Source: Octopus sinensis
Lineage: Eukaryota
NCBI RefSeq assembly: GCF_006345805.1
Contig: NC_043011.1
Coordinates: 40,994,464-41,058,463 of the forward strand
DNA: 64,000 bases
Reading direction: 5' to 3'
Of the stretch, positions 13,340-26,765 are shown piece after piece; position 1 is the first letter of the stretch, and every line of letters starts with the position of its first letter. The notes under the pieces were generated by a model, which worked only from the letters and a program-made list of their open reading frames with translations, had not been told where the DNA came from and ran no database searches. Made by a program: the position numbers and the translations under genes.

Positions 13340-14410
13340 GTAGATTAACAAAGCCTGGGTATGTGGGTTACCCCCAGGCACCGAGACGGGTTGGATTGAA
13401 GATACCATCCGACGGGGACTGAGGGATAGCAGGCCCAGGCTCTTAAATGTAAGGGTATTGCCGGCGGTCGATTGGGAAGGGTCAAAAGCGATTTTAACCC
13501 GGTGGACCCCATCGGCCGCAACAGATCTGGTTTTCCAGATTTTTTTTAAATGGCTGGCTGCAGGTATCCGGTGATACTTGAGGGACGTCCCCCGAAGTGT
13601 TACTCGTGCCTGCAGTCAGGCGACATTAAAAAGAACTGCCTCCAGGACCATGGTAAGGTCCTGGAACAGTCACTGGATGCCACCTTCCCTACCCGGTCAA
13701 AGGGGAAAAGGATTAAAAAGGAAGAAGTCAAGCAATAATAGTTGTCCTCCGAAGGACCCTAAGGCTTCGGAAGATGGGGAGAGACTCCGGACAAAGCGGA
13801 AGAGCTCCACTCTCCCGAAGTCAGGAAGAAAAGAAAAAAAGAAAGAAGAACGGGTCATCGCAGGGGGGAGATGATGTGCGTCTGCATGTCCCGAAGTTGT
13901 TCCACCCACGGTGGAAGAAACGACCCTCACCCTTAAAGATGATGAATTAATTATCTTTTTCTACAAGAGCGGGGAGGTGGAAAAATAGTAGAACATAAAG
14001 AGACAGTAGATATGCCCTCCACACGGGATCCCGAATGGCCTCCGCCGATAGCTGTGGAGGTCATAAGGTTTCGCTTGTGGGAAAGGCTTAAAGGATTTGG
14101 GGAGGAGTGACGCATATGGCCGGGAGGCCCTTACACGACTTACATGTCCTACATGAGTGAGGCATGGGAAATGGCGGGATACAGGAACTCAAGCGGCATT
14201 GAAGATAATGATGAATATATCGATGGATATATCGATGAGTCGGAGGTGAAAAAGCCTCGTTAGAGGGTTTGAAACCTCATCTTATTGTACTATTGGTAGT
14301 GGTTTATAGCCTCAACTGTGTGTTTTTAAAAAAATATGTTAAGTAAGAGGTTTTAGTGCCTCCTTCTTGTAAGAGGTTTGAAACCTCATATTGATTAAAA
14401 AAAAAAAAGA
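13337..14410 (+). mobile_element. 5'-truncated ORF1-only L1/Tx1-related element (HAL1-like) with short 3' UTR and poly(A)
   Basis: ORF1-like reading INKAWVCGLPPGTETGWIEDTI...DWEG...YPVILEGRPPKCYSCLQSGDIKKNC (zinc knuckle), continuing to EVKKPR* at 14263. Then ATTAAA and an A-run at 14397-14408. No APE or RT sequence. Confidence 0.65.
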
Positions 14411-14560
14411 AAATATGATTTCGAGAAAAATCCAATCGGCGGGTGTTGGGTTTCGCCTCTCATTTATTCATTTTATTTCATTTTCATTCATTAATGTGTT
14501 TGTCCAGCCCACAAAGCTACACAATCTTTGTACTGTCTATATGACAATTTTTATGAAATA

Positions 14561-14950
14561 AAGTAGCTTGCTTACGAACCGCATAGTTCCGGGTTCAGTC
14601 CCACTGCGGGGTACCAGAAACTAAAATGAATCCTGGTAGTGTTATTGTGAACACACAACCTAACACCCTACCTGAAACGAGAAAAGCTTGAAAAGAAGAT
14701 AGGACCAACAACCACACCACAATTTAAACCTAAGCATTTTTGTTATTGGTTCTTGCTGGACGAAATGCTTAACTGCATCAAATTCCCTGTCCCTTTAAAA
14801 ACTATGCCAAAACCCTATGGCAAAATGTAAAACAATTATTGATATTTGCTTTAATCTGAGTCTAAATACCGCCGAGCTCAACTTTCTGAGTTCAAATCCC
14901 GCCGAGGTCAACTTTGCATATCATCTTTTCATGGTCGATAAAAATACACA
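14561..14950 (+). mobile_element. SINE fragments (family A head about 14561-14616; family B B-box/body pieces about 14858-14945)
   Basis: AGTAGCTTGCTTAC...GGTTCAGTCCCACTGC; GAGTTCAAATCCCGCCGAGGTCAACTTTGC. Confidence 0.6.
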
Positions 14951-15169
14951 TTAAAAAAAAACGTACGATTCAAAGGTAGGACCTTGAGAAGATTGGACCG
15001 GATACCTTGCAGCTGTTTTTTTTTCCGGCTCTTTACAGTCTAAGTTCAAATATCTTTAGGGTCTAATTGGATGTTAGGATTAATCAGTCGCTAAATCTAA
15101 CACCCCTGCTAGTAAAACCCACCCCGTTAAAAACATTATGACTAGGTCTCCAGTTTGAGAATTCCCTCT

Positions 15170-15570
15170 CTCCTCTCTCCTCTCTCCGACTACCTTTATA
15201 GGACCGATAAAGGATCATGTCATGGATTTCGGATCCAACCAACGATTATACCCAGGATCTGGGATGAGTCATGTGACTTGTATGAGTCGGCAGCGTCATC
15301 TCAGACTGTTTGGTCATGTCGCTCGATTTGCGAGTTAGATCCTGTATACCGTGTTCTTTTCTCTTTAGACCCGATTGGATCGACGGCTCAAGTTTTTGGT
15401 CAGCCACATGCTTCGTGGTCACGGCAGATGAGGAAGTATCAAGCAGAGATAGAAATTTACTTGCACACTGCCCAGAAGGCTGCTCGAGACAAACCCGAAC
15501 AGAGACCGACAACTGGTGGATAAACCGACCTGCTACAACTGCGCATGCTCCCATGCCGAACCTGATCTAA
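15170..15570 (+). mobile_element. RTE-clade LINE 3' fragment
   Basis: Reading SGMSHVTCMSRQRHLRLFGHVARF...GQPHASW resembles the RTE ORF C-terminus (RLRWFGHVAR...GRP...W). Confidence 0.7.
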
Positions 15571-15891
15571 TGTCGTCGTCATTGGATCTTCAAATCAGAA
15601 CATGTTCAAACGGAACTTAAACACTGCAGAACGTTACATCTTTAGAACTGGAACCGTCTTAACGTAATGATTATCATGTTGTTCGTTGTTAGGTTATGCT
15701 TTGCAATTATTTGCCGTTATTTTTGTTATTATGCTTCAAATATTTCTAAAGGACACAAGGTTTGTAGACCGCATTAGTTTAACAATACATATGTGTGTGT
15801 GTGCGTATGTATACATATAAGTACACTTATATAGACACACATATATGTATTAAGATATAGGTGTTTATATATATAGATAAAAACACATACG

Positions 15892-16029
<138 letters not shown>

Positions 16030-16891
16030 TATAATCTATGTATGTATATATATATGTGTGTATGTTTCATCTCTGTATATATATAGAAAGAAGTATGTTT
16101 CTATACATATAGATAAGGGTATACTTTTTGCGCATGCTGCGTGTATGTGCATTTGTGTTCGTATGTGTGTGTGTGTGTGTGTGTGTGTGCGTGCGTGTGT
16201 GTGTGTGCGCGCGAGTTTAGAAGAAGCTTGACGCAACTCGACACCTCCCATCTTTCCTTTGTGGACATTACTGAACGCAACTCCAACAACAATTGCCTCT
16301 CGCATGAGAAGCTATTAATACGATTTCCATGAAAACAACTTATACAAGCAAACAACAGCAACAACAAAAAAAAACACCACAATAGATCTAAATCTAGTGA
16401 AAAGTTAACAGAGCTGAAATATGCGTGGACACTATAAACACACACACACGCACATTTTTTTTATATAAGCACATACGTAGCTTTCCATATATGTATGTAT
16501 GTATGTATTATGTATGTTAGTTATGTATGTATGTTAGTTATGTATGTATATGTGTGTGTATGTGTGTATGTATGTATGTGGTGTGTCTATGTATGTATGT
16601 AGACATAATATGTTTCTAATTACATACTTGTGTGTGGAATATATGCATACATATGCAAATATAGGCTTTTTTATACAAACATATGTTGAAATATCTTGAA
16701 TGTGTGTTTGTGTCTGTGTGTGTGTGTGTGCGTGCGTGTTTGTGATATATATATATATTGAGAGAGAGGGGAGAGGGAGGGAGAGAGGAGGAGGAGGAGG
16801 AGAGAGAGTGATATATATATGTGTGTGTGTGCGTGTATATATATATATGTATATATATATATATACACCAACACTATATATATACACACAC

Positions 16892-16930
<39 letters not shown>

Positions 16931-17018
16931 ATATACACACATATATATGATGCATGTATATATATTATGTACATACATATATATATAGATATATATATAC
17001 ATATATATACATACATGA

Positions 17019-17062
<44 letters not shown>

Positions 17063-17271
17063 GCTTATATATTTGCATACATAAATATGTCAATACAGTC
17101 AAACAGAGAGAGGGGGGAATAAAGAAGAGAGACTAGAATCCAGGAAAGAAAGAGAGAGAGAGAGAAAGAGGGAAAAAGAGTGAGAAAGAGAGAGAGAAAG
17201 AGAAGTGCAAATATTTCCTTTGTTTCCACTTATCACCTAATGCTTCCTTTTCTCTCTCTCTCTTTTTATCT

Positions 17272-17303
<32 letters not shown>

Positions 17304-17559
17304 TTCTCTCTCTATTTATCTTTCTGGTATATTTTACATCCACTTTCTGGTATATTTTACCTGGACGTTATAAGATTCTGATTCCATTCAAGTGTGGAAC
17401 CAAACCCGGCTTATCCGAAATATCAAGCATGATGGAGTAATAGACTTCCAATCTTTTATTCCAAACGAAATATAAATATATACATAACATTGCACATCAC
17501 TTCATATTCCCGTTGTTTGTTTCTTCCTGCTTCCATTTTTTAAATTTTCGTTTGTTGCT

Positions 17560-18760
17560 TTGTTGGTTTGTTGCTTTTTTCCTTCTTTTCTTTCGTTTTT
17601 TTTTTGTCGTCTGCGTCTGTTTGGCTTGAGTGCTTTTTCATATTCGTCCTTACTTCAATCTCCTCCTTATTTTCCTCCCCTCCGTCTTCTCCTCCTCCTT
17701 CTCCTCCTTTTACGTTTTCTTCTTTCCTCCTCTTCTCATCCTCCCTCTTTTTTACATCTTTTTCTTTTCTTTATTCTCCTCTACTTCGTCTTCTACTTTT
17801 TCTCATCTTCTCCTCTTCCTTCTTCTTCTCCTTCTTCTTCATCATCATCATCATGATCATCATCATCATCATCATCAATGTCATCTTTTTTCTTTTTCGT
17901 CATAATCGTTTTCTTTTGTCCAGCTTCATCAGCATCCTTTTTCATTCTTCTCCTCCTCCTCGTCCTTCTTCATCTTCTTCTTCATCTTCCTCTTCTTCTC
18001 CTTCTTCTTCTCTTCCTCTTCTTCCTCCACCTCTTCTCCCTTCTTCCTCCACCTCTTCTCCCTTCTTCCTCATCTTCACCCCTTTTCTCCTTCCTCTTCT
18101 TCTCCTTCTCCTCCTCCTCCTTCTTCATCTTCTTCACCTTCTCTCTTCTTCTTCTTCTATTTCATCTTCTTCATCTTCCTCTTCTTCTCCTTCTTTCATT
18201 TCTTCCTCCACCTCTTCTTCCTCGTCTTCACCCCTTTTTCTTCTTCTTCTTCTTCTTCTTCTCCTTCTTCATCTTTATCTTCTTCATCTTTATCTTCTTC
18301 TCCTTCTTCCTTTTATTCCTCCACCTCTTCTCCCTTCTTATCTTCTTCCTCATCTTCACCCCTTTTCTCTTTCCTCTTCTTTCTCTCTCCTCCGCCTCCT
18401 TCTTCATCTTCTCACCTTCCTCTTCTCTCTTCTTCTATTTCATCTCTTATCTTCTCTTCTTCCTCCTTCTTTCATTTATTCCTCACCTCTTCTCCTCGTC
18501 TTCACCCCTTTTCTTCTTCTTCTTCTTCTTCTTCTCCTTCTTCATCTTTATCTTCTTCATCTTTATCTTCTTCTCCTTCTTCCTTTTATTCCTCCACCTC
18601 TTCTCCCTTCTTATCTTCTTCCTCATCTTCACCCCTTTTCTTCTTCTTCTTCTTCTTCTTCTTCTTCTTCTTCTTCTTCTCCTCTTACCCTTCCTCCTCC
18701 ACATCCATTCCCTTCTTCCTCCAACGATGAGGATAATAACGATAATATTCATAATTATTT
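17560..18760. repeat. Polypyrimidine (CTT/CCT)-rich low-complexity tract with an internal direct duplication of about 105 bp (about 18262-18366 and 18536-18638)
   Basis: Direct reading; source of the spurious 399-aa and 317-aa ORFs. Confidence 0.9.
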
Positions 18761-18934
18761 TTATTGACTTATTTTCCTTCTGCTACAATTGTTACAACCT
18801 TTTATCACGCACGACTAAGTTTGGTGTTTAAAGACCCTTGAAGTGTCTACAAGAATGCTGACAGTATAACTAATGGCAGGCTTTTTTACAGAAAAGTGCA
18901 ATTAGTAAAACAACAAAAATAATAACCCTTACTG

Positions 18935-19135
18935 CTTATAGAGGCGCAGAGCCTGAAATTTTGGGAGAAAGGGCTAATCGATTACACAGACCCCATTATT
19001 TCACTAGTACTTATTTCACCGACCTTCCGAAAGAACGAAATACAAAGTCGACCTCGGCAGCATTTGAACTCAGAATGTAAAGCCTGAAGTAATAGCACTA
19101 AGCATTTTGTCTGACTTGCTATCTATTCTGCCAGA
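18935..19135 (-). mobile_element. SINE family B, diverged
   Basis: AAAGTCGACCTCGGC...TTTGAACTCAGAA matches 9940-9990. Confidence 0.65.
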
Positions 19136-19139
19136 CGGG

Positions 19140-20700
19140 AGAAAATCAGAATAGAAGGGAGAGTGATCAACCAGTTCAAAATCACAGAGGCGCACAGCAG
19201 CCATTGAAACGAAGGACTTGTATGCTGGAGCATTCTCCTAAAGAGACAAGACTCCTGGGCATCAGTTTTTCTAGGCGTTTGGTCTTCATAGCTTTTCGTA
19301 ATTTCCTCATCAGTTTGGCATAGTACTCTCCATTGATGGTGTAGCTCTTTTGAAGATAGTCCATAAACATAATTGCCTTTTGCATTTGAAAAGCATTTCA
19401 AAAACCAGAGGCCATCACCTTCCCAGTGGATGAAACGACCTTCACCTTCTTTGGAGCAGGTGAGGAGGGGTGTTTCCACTGCATGGATTGTTTCTTTGTC
19501 CCTGGCTCAAAGTGATGAAACGTTAGCTCAAAGTTAGGAATCGTTCAAGGAAACCAAATGGATCTGCCTCAAACAATGTCAGATTTTCTCGTGATGTCAT
19601 CAGCCTGGTACACTTTTGATCAACTGTCAGAAAACGCCGAACAGAGACCTGCGCTTCTGCGGCGAGCTTGGCAGAAACGTTAGCACGCCGGGCGAAATGC
19701 TTAGTGGTATTTCGTCTGCGGTTATGTTCTGAGTTCAAATTCCGCCGAGGTCGACTTTGCCGTTAATCCTTTCGGGGTCGATTAAATAAGTACTAGTTGC
19801 GCACTGGGGTCGATGTAATCGACTTAATCCGTTTGCCAATCCTTGTTTGTCCCCTCTGTGTTTAGCCCCTTGTGGGTAGTAAAGAAATAGGTATTTCGTC
19901 TACCGTTACGCTCTGATTTCAAATTCCGCCGAGGTCCACTTTGCCTTTCATCCTTTCGGGGTCGATTAAATAAGTACCAGTTACGCATTGGGGTCGATGT
20001 AATCGACTTAATCCGTTTGTCTATCCTTGTTTGTCCCCTCTGTTTTTAGCCTCTTGTAAAGAAATAGGTATTTCGTCTACCGTTACGTGAGTTCAAATTC
20101 CGCCGAGGTCGACTTTGCCTTTCATCCTTTCGGGGTCGATTAAATAAGCACCAGTTACGCACTGGGGTCGATGTAATCGACTTAATCCGTCTGTCTGTCC
20201 TTGTCTGTCCCCTCTGTGTGTAACCCCTTGTGGACAGTAAAGAAATAAGAAACCTGCGTCATGCCAAGTTCATTGTGCAGAATAATCTTAACTTCCTCAC
20301 GTGATATACTAACAGCTATGGCTATTTGATTCACAGTCATACGTCACCATGTGGTGAGCACGATCAATGGTTTCTTCGGTGGTGGCTGTTGCAGGACGTC
20401 CAAACATTTGGTCATCTTTAAGTTTCTACTCTCTCCACATAAATTCAGCTGCTCACTTTTGCGCAGTTGATAAAGCTAGAGAACCATCCTCAATTGTAGC
20501 AGCTACATGGATATGAATGTCTTTGGGGGCTAAACCTGATTTCCGCAGGTATTTACTAACACCACGATGCCATTTTTGCTTTCCATTTTCAAGAGAAGTC
20601 GCTACTAGATAATTTTAAAGTCGTCTTTGAACTGTCAGATATCAGTTTTCCTGGAAAGAAACAATGCAAATAGTAATACGAGTTGAAATAAATGCATGCA
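19140..20700 (-). mobile_element. Decayed mariner transposon interrupted by a SINE trimer
   Basis: 5' part: HRGV.KYL...GLAPKDIH...GRPATATTEE...ILHNELGM. After the insertion: ENLTLFEADP.GFLERFLT...FMDYLQK..TINGEYYA.L..KLRKA.K.KR. Confidence 0.85.
19659..20247 (+). mobile_element. SINE family B head-to-tail trimer with 11-bp target-site duplication
   Basis: Units start at about 19659, 19891 and 20068; flanked by AGAGACCTGCG (19643-19653) and AGAAACCTGCG (20248-20258). Confidence 0.85.
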
Positions 20701-20819
20701 AGACTCCACAGTCTAGCTTCACTCCTTCATAGTCTACCTGTGAAGTTTTCAGCCCACCCTTATATGTATGCTTGTATGTGTGTTTATGTATATATGTATT
20801 GTATGTGTCCATGAATGTG

Positions 20820-20853
20820 TATTATTATTATCATAATTATTATATTATTAGTA

Positions 20854-20898
<45 letters not shown>

Positions 20899-20958
20899 CA
20901 TTATTATATTATTATTATTATTATTATTACTAATAATAATAATGATAATAATAATAAT

Positions 20959-21030
<72 letters not shown>

Positions 21031-21099
21031 TAATAATAATAATAATAATAAGAAGAAGAAGAAGAAGAAGAAGAAGAAAAGAAGAAGAAGAAGAAGAAT
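20820..21099. repeat. (ATT)n-(AAT)n-(AAG)n microsatellite
   Basis: Direct reading; the ATT-to-AAT switch makes it an imperfect palindrome. Confidence 0.95.
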
Positions 21100-21630
21100 T
21101 GCCCTGATGCAGTAGCAGGCAGTGGCTCTCGTGGCTTCTGATCTTAACTGATTGGAAGTGTTATCATGTACATTGCTTTGTCTTGGTATTAAAGATGGGC
21201 TACAGCAAATATTCTGCTCAATACCACAGATTTGCTTGTCAGTTGTTTGACCTTAACCAGTTGAGCATGTCTCTTAGTGGCTGACGATATGTGCATCTCT
21301 GATCACGAGTAGAAGTGTTGAGAAGGATTCTTTGGGGTTTGAATAAGTCACCTCTGGAAACATGGGTGTTTCGTTCAACATCCTTAAAAAACCCTTATTC
21401 AGGGATCTTTTGAGCGGGATGGATTACTCGATCAGAAGAAAGTTCTAACTGGGCCCCACCTGCAAAGTCATGCGCTTTTTATCTTGATATGAGATCACCA
21501 TGTGGCGCACATATGGTTGTGATGCATGTGCCTAGTGTACCCTTATCAGACGGGTAGTCATGATGGGTATACTGGGCTTCGTATATTTTACCCCAGTGTC
21601 ACTTTGATGGCATGCACTGCTCTCCTAATC
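21100..21630 (+). mobile_element. Non-coding interspersed element of about 530 bp, associated with (AAT)n (family D)
   Basis: Homologous to 28833-29110, 29239-29709 and 53241-53472; no tRNA head, TIR or ORF recognised; strand assigned from flank orientation only. Confidence 0.75.
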
Positions 21631-21636
21631 AATAAC

Positions 21637-21723
<87 letters not shown>

Positions 21724-22234
21724 TCGTAGTCGTAACTGGAATACTTTGTTCAGAGTAGAGTTCGATCAGGACTGATATGGGAGCTAAATAATTACAAAAA
21801 ATCAACAAAAATAAAAGAAAACGTAAGCCATTTATAATTTATGAAGACACGACACGCGAAATTACCAACTTATTTTACAAGAATATGAGCAACCAAAGTA
21901 ATATCTTTTAAAAAGCGTTCTAGATTAAACGCCTGGAAAACAGAACTTAGCAACAGCTGTGAACAGTGTAATATTCATTGATTAATTTGTACAGGATATT
22001 TAGAAGTTGCTGTATACCGTAATCACTTTCTCTTTATGTGTCTTATCTAGTACTACATCTTTCTGCACTAGAATGCTATATTCATTGAGACACTTTGTCA
22101 GCGAAATTTCTTTTCGCTTCCTTAAATATCTGTCTATATTACTTTACGTTCCGTATTGAGTTCTTTGTGGTCGTTGATTGTTGTTATTTAGTAAATATGA
22201 TAGAATCGTTAAAGCATCAAACAAATGTGCGTTC

Positions 22235-22545
22235 TATGCTCAAATCCTGTCGAGATTAACTTCAACTTTCATTCCTCTGGGATCGGTAAAATAAAGGGCT
22301 TGTCAAGTACTAGGACCCGATATATTCAACAGTTCATCTCCCCTAAAATGTCTGGTTAGTACCTGTGTTTCAAACTACTACTTAAGCGGTGGCTTGACAG
22401 AATCATTAGAACATTCGAAAAATGCTTTGCGGTACTTATTTCGACTACTTATTTCGACTTCTTGTATTTTGAGTTCAAATCCCTCCAAGGTCAAATCTGC
22501 CTTTCATATCTCTCGGTATTAAATAAGTACCAGTCAAGTAATGAA
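22235..22545 (+). mobile_element. Diverged SINE family B fragments
   Basis: GAGTTCAAATCCCTCCAAGGTCAAATCTGCCTTTCAT...AAATAAGTACCAG. Confidence 0.5.
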
Positions 22546-22829
22546 TTCAATGGTATGCACTAATCACAGCTCGAGTTTTCAATGCATTTGGACTCTGAGT
22601 AGAAACTCATCTCCTTCAAAACCTGAGAGAGACACCACACCTCCGCAAGAGTAATCCTAAAGGCCTGTGTCTGAAATATACTGTGATAACCAGCTGGAAA
22701 ATATGTTTTCCTGGGGTTAAAAGGTCGTAACATGGTCCTATACAGGACTTCCACCTCACGTTGGCAAATAGATTTTACTATATACATACATATACATATA
22801 CATATATTTACACACACACACACACACAC

Positions 22830-22863
<34 letters not shown>

Positions 22864-22876
22864 CATACATACATAA

Positions 22877-22925
<49 letters not shown>

Positions 22926-23039
22926 TTCAGCAAAATTAGATTCAGATGAATATGGTACAAAAGTTAAAAGCACCAGACTTTGGTATGGTATTATCCGTAT
23001 AAATCAAATGGAGTGATCATAATCAAAATAAGCAACAAG

Positions 23040-24320
23040 GATATCCAAGGTAGTGTAGCACAATCGTTTCATTCTACTTCATTTTATTCAACAATGTAAG
23101 TATTACATCAGTTTTAAAATGTAGAGCAATCTTCAGCCACATATAGTATTTTTTAATTAAATAGACAATGTACATTTTTATACTTATTCCATTTGCCAAC
23201 ATTACAAAGAGGGTAGATATATAGACAGAGAGGTTAATTTCATCCTTAAGATGGTAGTAGAAGGTCCTTCATCATAGGCAGATTTTTTATCACTGTGTTC
23301 ACTTTGTTATTTAGATTTATCAATGGGGAGGGGTTTTTTTTTTATTTCGTTCAAAGGAGACAAACAAGATTTTTTTTCTAATTATAGATATAGGAAGGGA
23401 TAGTACAAATGTCAAAGTCATAAATCCAACCCCATTATAAGGAATTTAACTTTGGCATATTTGAATGTAAGTTAGTAGGCTGAAACTAGTGGGGTAGGGA
23501 GAATAGAGACTACTAATGCTCTAGAGATTTCTAATGTTCTCAATCATTTAACAGCCATAATCCTGCTTGTGATTTTAAATAAATATCCTTTAGATATTTT
23601 TTCCAAAGGATTCTAGTAAATTTTAGTATCTTATATAGGGATGGAGAATATATAAATCATTTCATATTTATATAAATATATAATATATATATCAATTTTT
23701 ATTAATATAGATTTATAGTTAGTAAATAGTGATTTATTTTTACTAATGAGTTAAATTAAACAAATTATGCTAGACATAATATTTATTACCTGTAAAAAAA
23801 AACCTTATCAATTAGCACATATATCAAAAGCCTATAAGATATATTAAAATGTAATGGAAGGGAGGTAATAAAGATGAACTAAATAATTTCACTAGATATA
23901 TGGAATTTATGCAATCCTATATAGGAAAGTGTCAAAAGATTTTAATTTCGCTTTATTCATTTAATTTATATTATAAAATTTCTTAATAATCTATGCAGGT
24001 TAAATAAAAGCTAGTATGGTATATTATTTCCATATTTGGTAGCAAAACATTAAGATTTGAAAATTTAGGAATGATCAGAATGCTATTATTTAAAATACTT
24101 AAAAGTACGGGTGGCACAATGTATGCAGGATACTCCTAGTTCAGAACGGTTATTCAATAAGTTTATATTATTCCTATGTTTCAAAATTTCATGTCTCCAT
24201 AGAACAAAGTTCACATCCATCTCTACTATTTTTATAAGGCTGTGCCTTTCTTATTATATCCCATTTTAGGTTAAATTCGATATTTTTTCTTTCAATTCCC
24301 AAATTTCCAGTTTTATCAGC
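23040..24320 (-). mobile_element. Penelope-like element remnant (GIY-YIG endonuclease C-terminal region)
   Basis: 24110-24310 reverse strand reads EIWELKEKNIEFNLKWDIIRKAQPYKNSRDGCELCSME...NLLNNRSELGVSCIH, typical of the PLE C-terminus. A degenerate CTGAAGA...GAAAC motif lies at 23060-23145. The extent below 24100 is uncertain. Confidence 0.6.
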
Positions 24321-25106
24321 CGGGACTAGAGACATGCAACTGAAACTAAAGATCTACCGGGGCTTAAGAGAGGGCAGAGATTTCTAGTGCAACATTGTGA
24401 GACCGTATCTCGCTTGCGGCTGCTTGCAAATAGGAAAAATAATTGAGCTGATTGCATAACTGAATCCACATTGTCTAGAAAGAAATTCGAGTGGGATTAT
24501 GTGTACATATGTGTATATGCGTGTGATCGAGTGATTGTATGTATGTATGTGTGCGTAGAGGGGGTGTGGTTGCATCATATATTATCATGAATTTTTAACT
24601 CATATGAGAACGTGCATTCATTTGTTTAAAATAACATATTTCGTTAACGAGTTTGAGTAGTAATTAATATTTTTCCTGTTGTTGTTGTTGTTTATTCTGA
24701 TATAACAAACAAAAGCTTTTTACGTATTTAATTTTATTGTTTATTTAAAACTTATTTTATTAGTATTTTTCTTTCTTCCTTCCACCTTTCTTTGTTTCTT
24801 TCTGCTACAATAATAATGCCAGAGATATAGAAATTGCTGGAAATAGTCATTAGGAATGAAACAAATACGTTGAAATGCCTAAAACAAAACACAAACATAA
24901 ACACACTTTTGTTCTTTTGTTTTCACTCATTTCTGTTTTATTTTATTTTATTTTATTCATTTATTTATTTCTACTTTGTCAATAATCTAATGACACCACG
25001 TTGGTTTCTGATAACTTGTTGAACAAATTACAAAAGCAACGAAAACAAACGAAATATTGTAAAATGCATGTTGTTGTTGTTATTATAATTACTATTATTA
25101 TTATTA

Positions 25107-25143
<37 letters not shown>

Positions 25144-25144
25144 G

Positions 25145-25221
<77 letters not shown>

Positions 25222-25286
25222 ATCAGTTCCTTTCATTTCGTTGTGCTAAGTTACACTAAATGTTCAAAGTATTTCTTTTGAAAATA

Positions 25287-25685
25287 AGGCATTGTTGGTA
25301 AGAAGTTTGCTTCCAAACCACGTGGTTTCGAGTTCTGTCCAACTGTGTGGCATCTTGGCCAAATATCTTCTTTTATAAACCCGGGCCGAGAAAAGTCTTG
25401 TGAGTGGATTTCGTAAACAGAAACTGAAAGAAGCCAGTCGTAAACGTGTGTGTGTTTGTGTGTGTATTTCTGAATATATATGTACAGAAAACTATGCGTG
25501 TGGTTTTTTGTTTGTTCTCATCACCTCTTGACAACCAGTATTGGTTTGTTTACATCCTCTTAACCTAGTGGTTCGGCATAGGATTCCGATAGAATAAGTA
25601 CCAGGCTTAGAAAAAGTAAGTACTAAAACCCTTTACAACGACACTCCAGCATTGCCGCAGTCCAATCGCTGAAACAAATAACATT
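25287..25685 (+). mobile_element. SINE family A, full length, diverged
   Basis: Same head/microsatellite/tail layout as 1248-1680; a further head lies at about 25810-25955. Confidence 0.75.
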
Positions 25686-25950
25686 CTGTTTGCAGCACTA
25701 AGACCAAGTCTCCGGTTTGGATAGACCTTCCTCAAACCGATTCCTGAGCCTTGCAAAAGCTGCGAGGACCCTGCCTTCTCCCCTGACTAAAATATTTTTA
25801 AAATCATTTAACGTGGCTGTGTTGTAAGACGCTTGCTTCCAAACCATATGGTTCCGGGTTCAGTTCCACTTAGGTGTCCTCAACTATAGTCTCGGGCCGA
25901 CAAAGGCCGTGTGAGTAGATCTGGTAAATGAAGTCTGATAGAAGCCCTTC

Positions 25951-25993
<43 letters not shown>

Positions 25994-26528
25994 ATATATA
26001 ATATACCGTAGTAAGCCCATAAACGCGAAACAAGGTGGGAAAATAGTACTTGAATACCAGAGTAATATGCTTTATTGAAACTCTAAGTTTTGTGATATTT
26101 TGCTGCTTTTCAATAAAGTGTGTGTGTGTGCGCGATGTGGCTGTATTTACGTTTCAATAACAAGCTGTGGTGGGAGACAGAGTCACCACAAAATCACACA
26201 CATACATGGTGATATTAAGATATATATATATTTGCCACATTTAGGTGGCAAATATACCCCCACGATATCGTGCTGCTACTGCTTACATCTCGCTCAGAGA
26301 TTTATTATTGCTTATATATATATATATATATATACATGTATATATATTAGAGAAGAACCACCATGTAGCAATTCAACAATGATATACTTAAATCATATCA
26401 TATAAAAAAAAATTAAAGATACGATAAAACATTTACCTAGAACTAATTAAAGTACGAAATAATAAATAAATAGTATAGAATTAGTAAATAGACTATACGT
26501 GTTTCGTGGCTATATTTTCAAATTGAAC

Positions 26529-26598
<70 letters not shown>

Positions 26599-26603
26599 AT
26601 ATC

Positions 26604-26765
26604 ACAAGCTTTTTTCAGGTTTCCTCTACCAGATCCACTCGCAAAACTTAGAGCGGTTCGAGCCTATAGCAGAAGGCACTTTCACTTTTTTCATGATACC
26701 ACGCAATGGGATTGACCACGTAACCATGTGCTTCTGAACCAAACTACTTACCACACAGCCATGTC
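26604..26765 (-). mobile_element. SINE family A head
   Basis: CTACTTACCACACAGCCATG is the reverse complement of the family A 5' end. Confidence 0.6.

Noticed and set aside
17568-18831. 399-aa and 317-aa ORFs
   Set aside because: Translations of a CTT/CCT polypyrimidine tract that cannot contain stop codons; no domain content.
21277-21320. CTGACGA in family D as a hammerhead core
   Set aside because: No helix II followed by GAAAC-GUH and no helix I partner.
23060-23145. Functional hammerhead in the Penelope-like remnant
   Set aside because: CTGAAGA and GAAAC are present on the minus strand, but the triplet is GAT and helix I does not pair; kept only as weak support for the PLE call.
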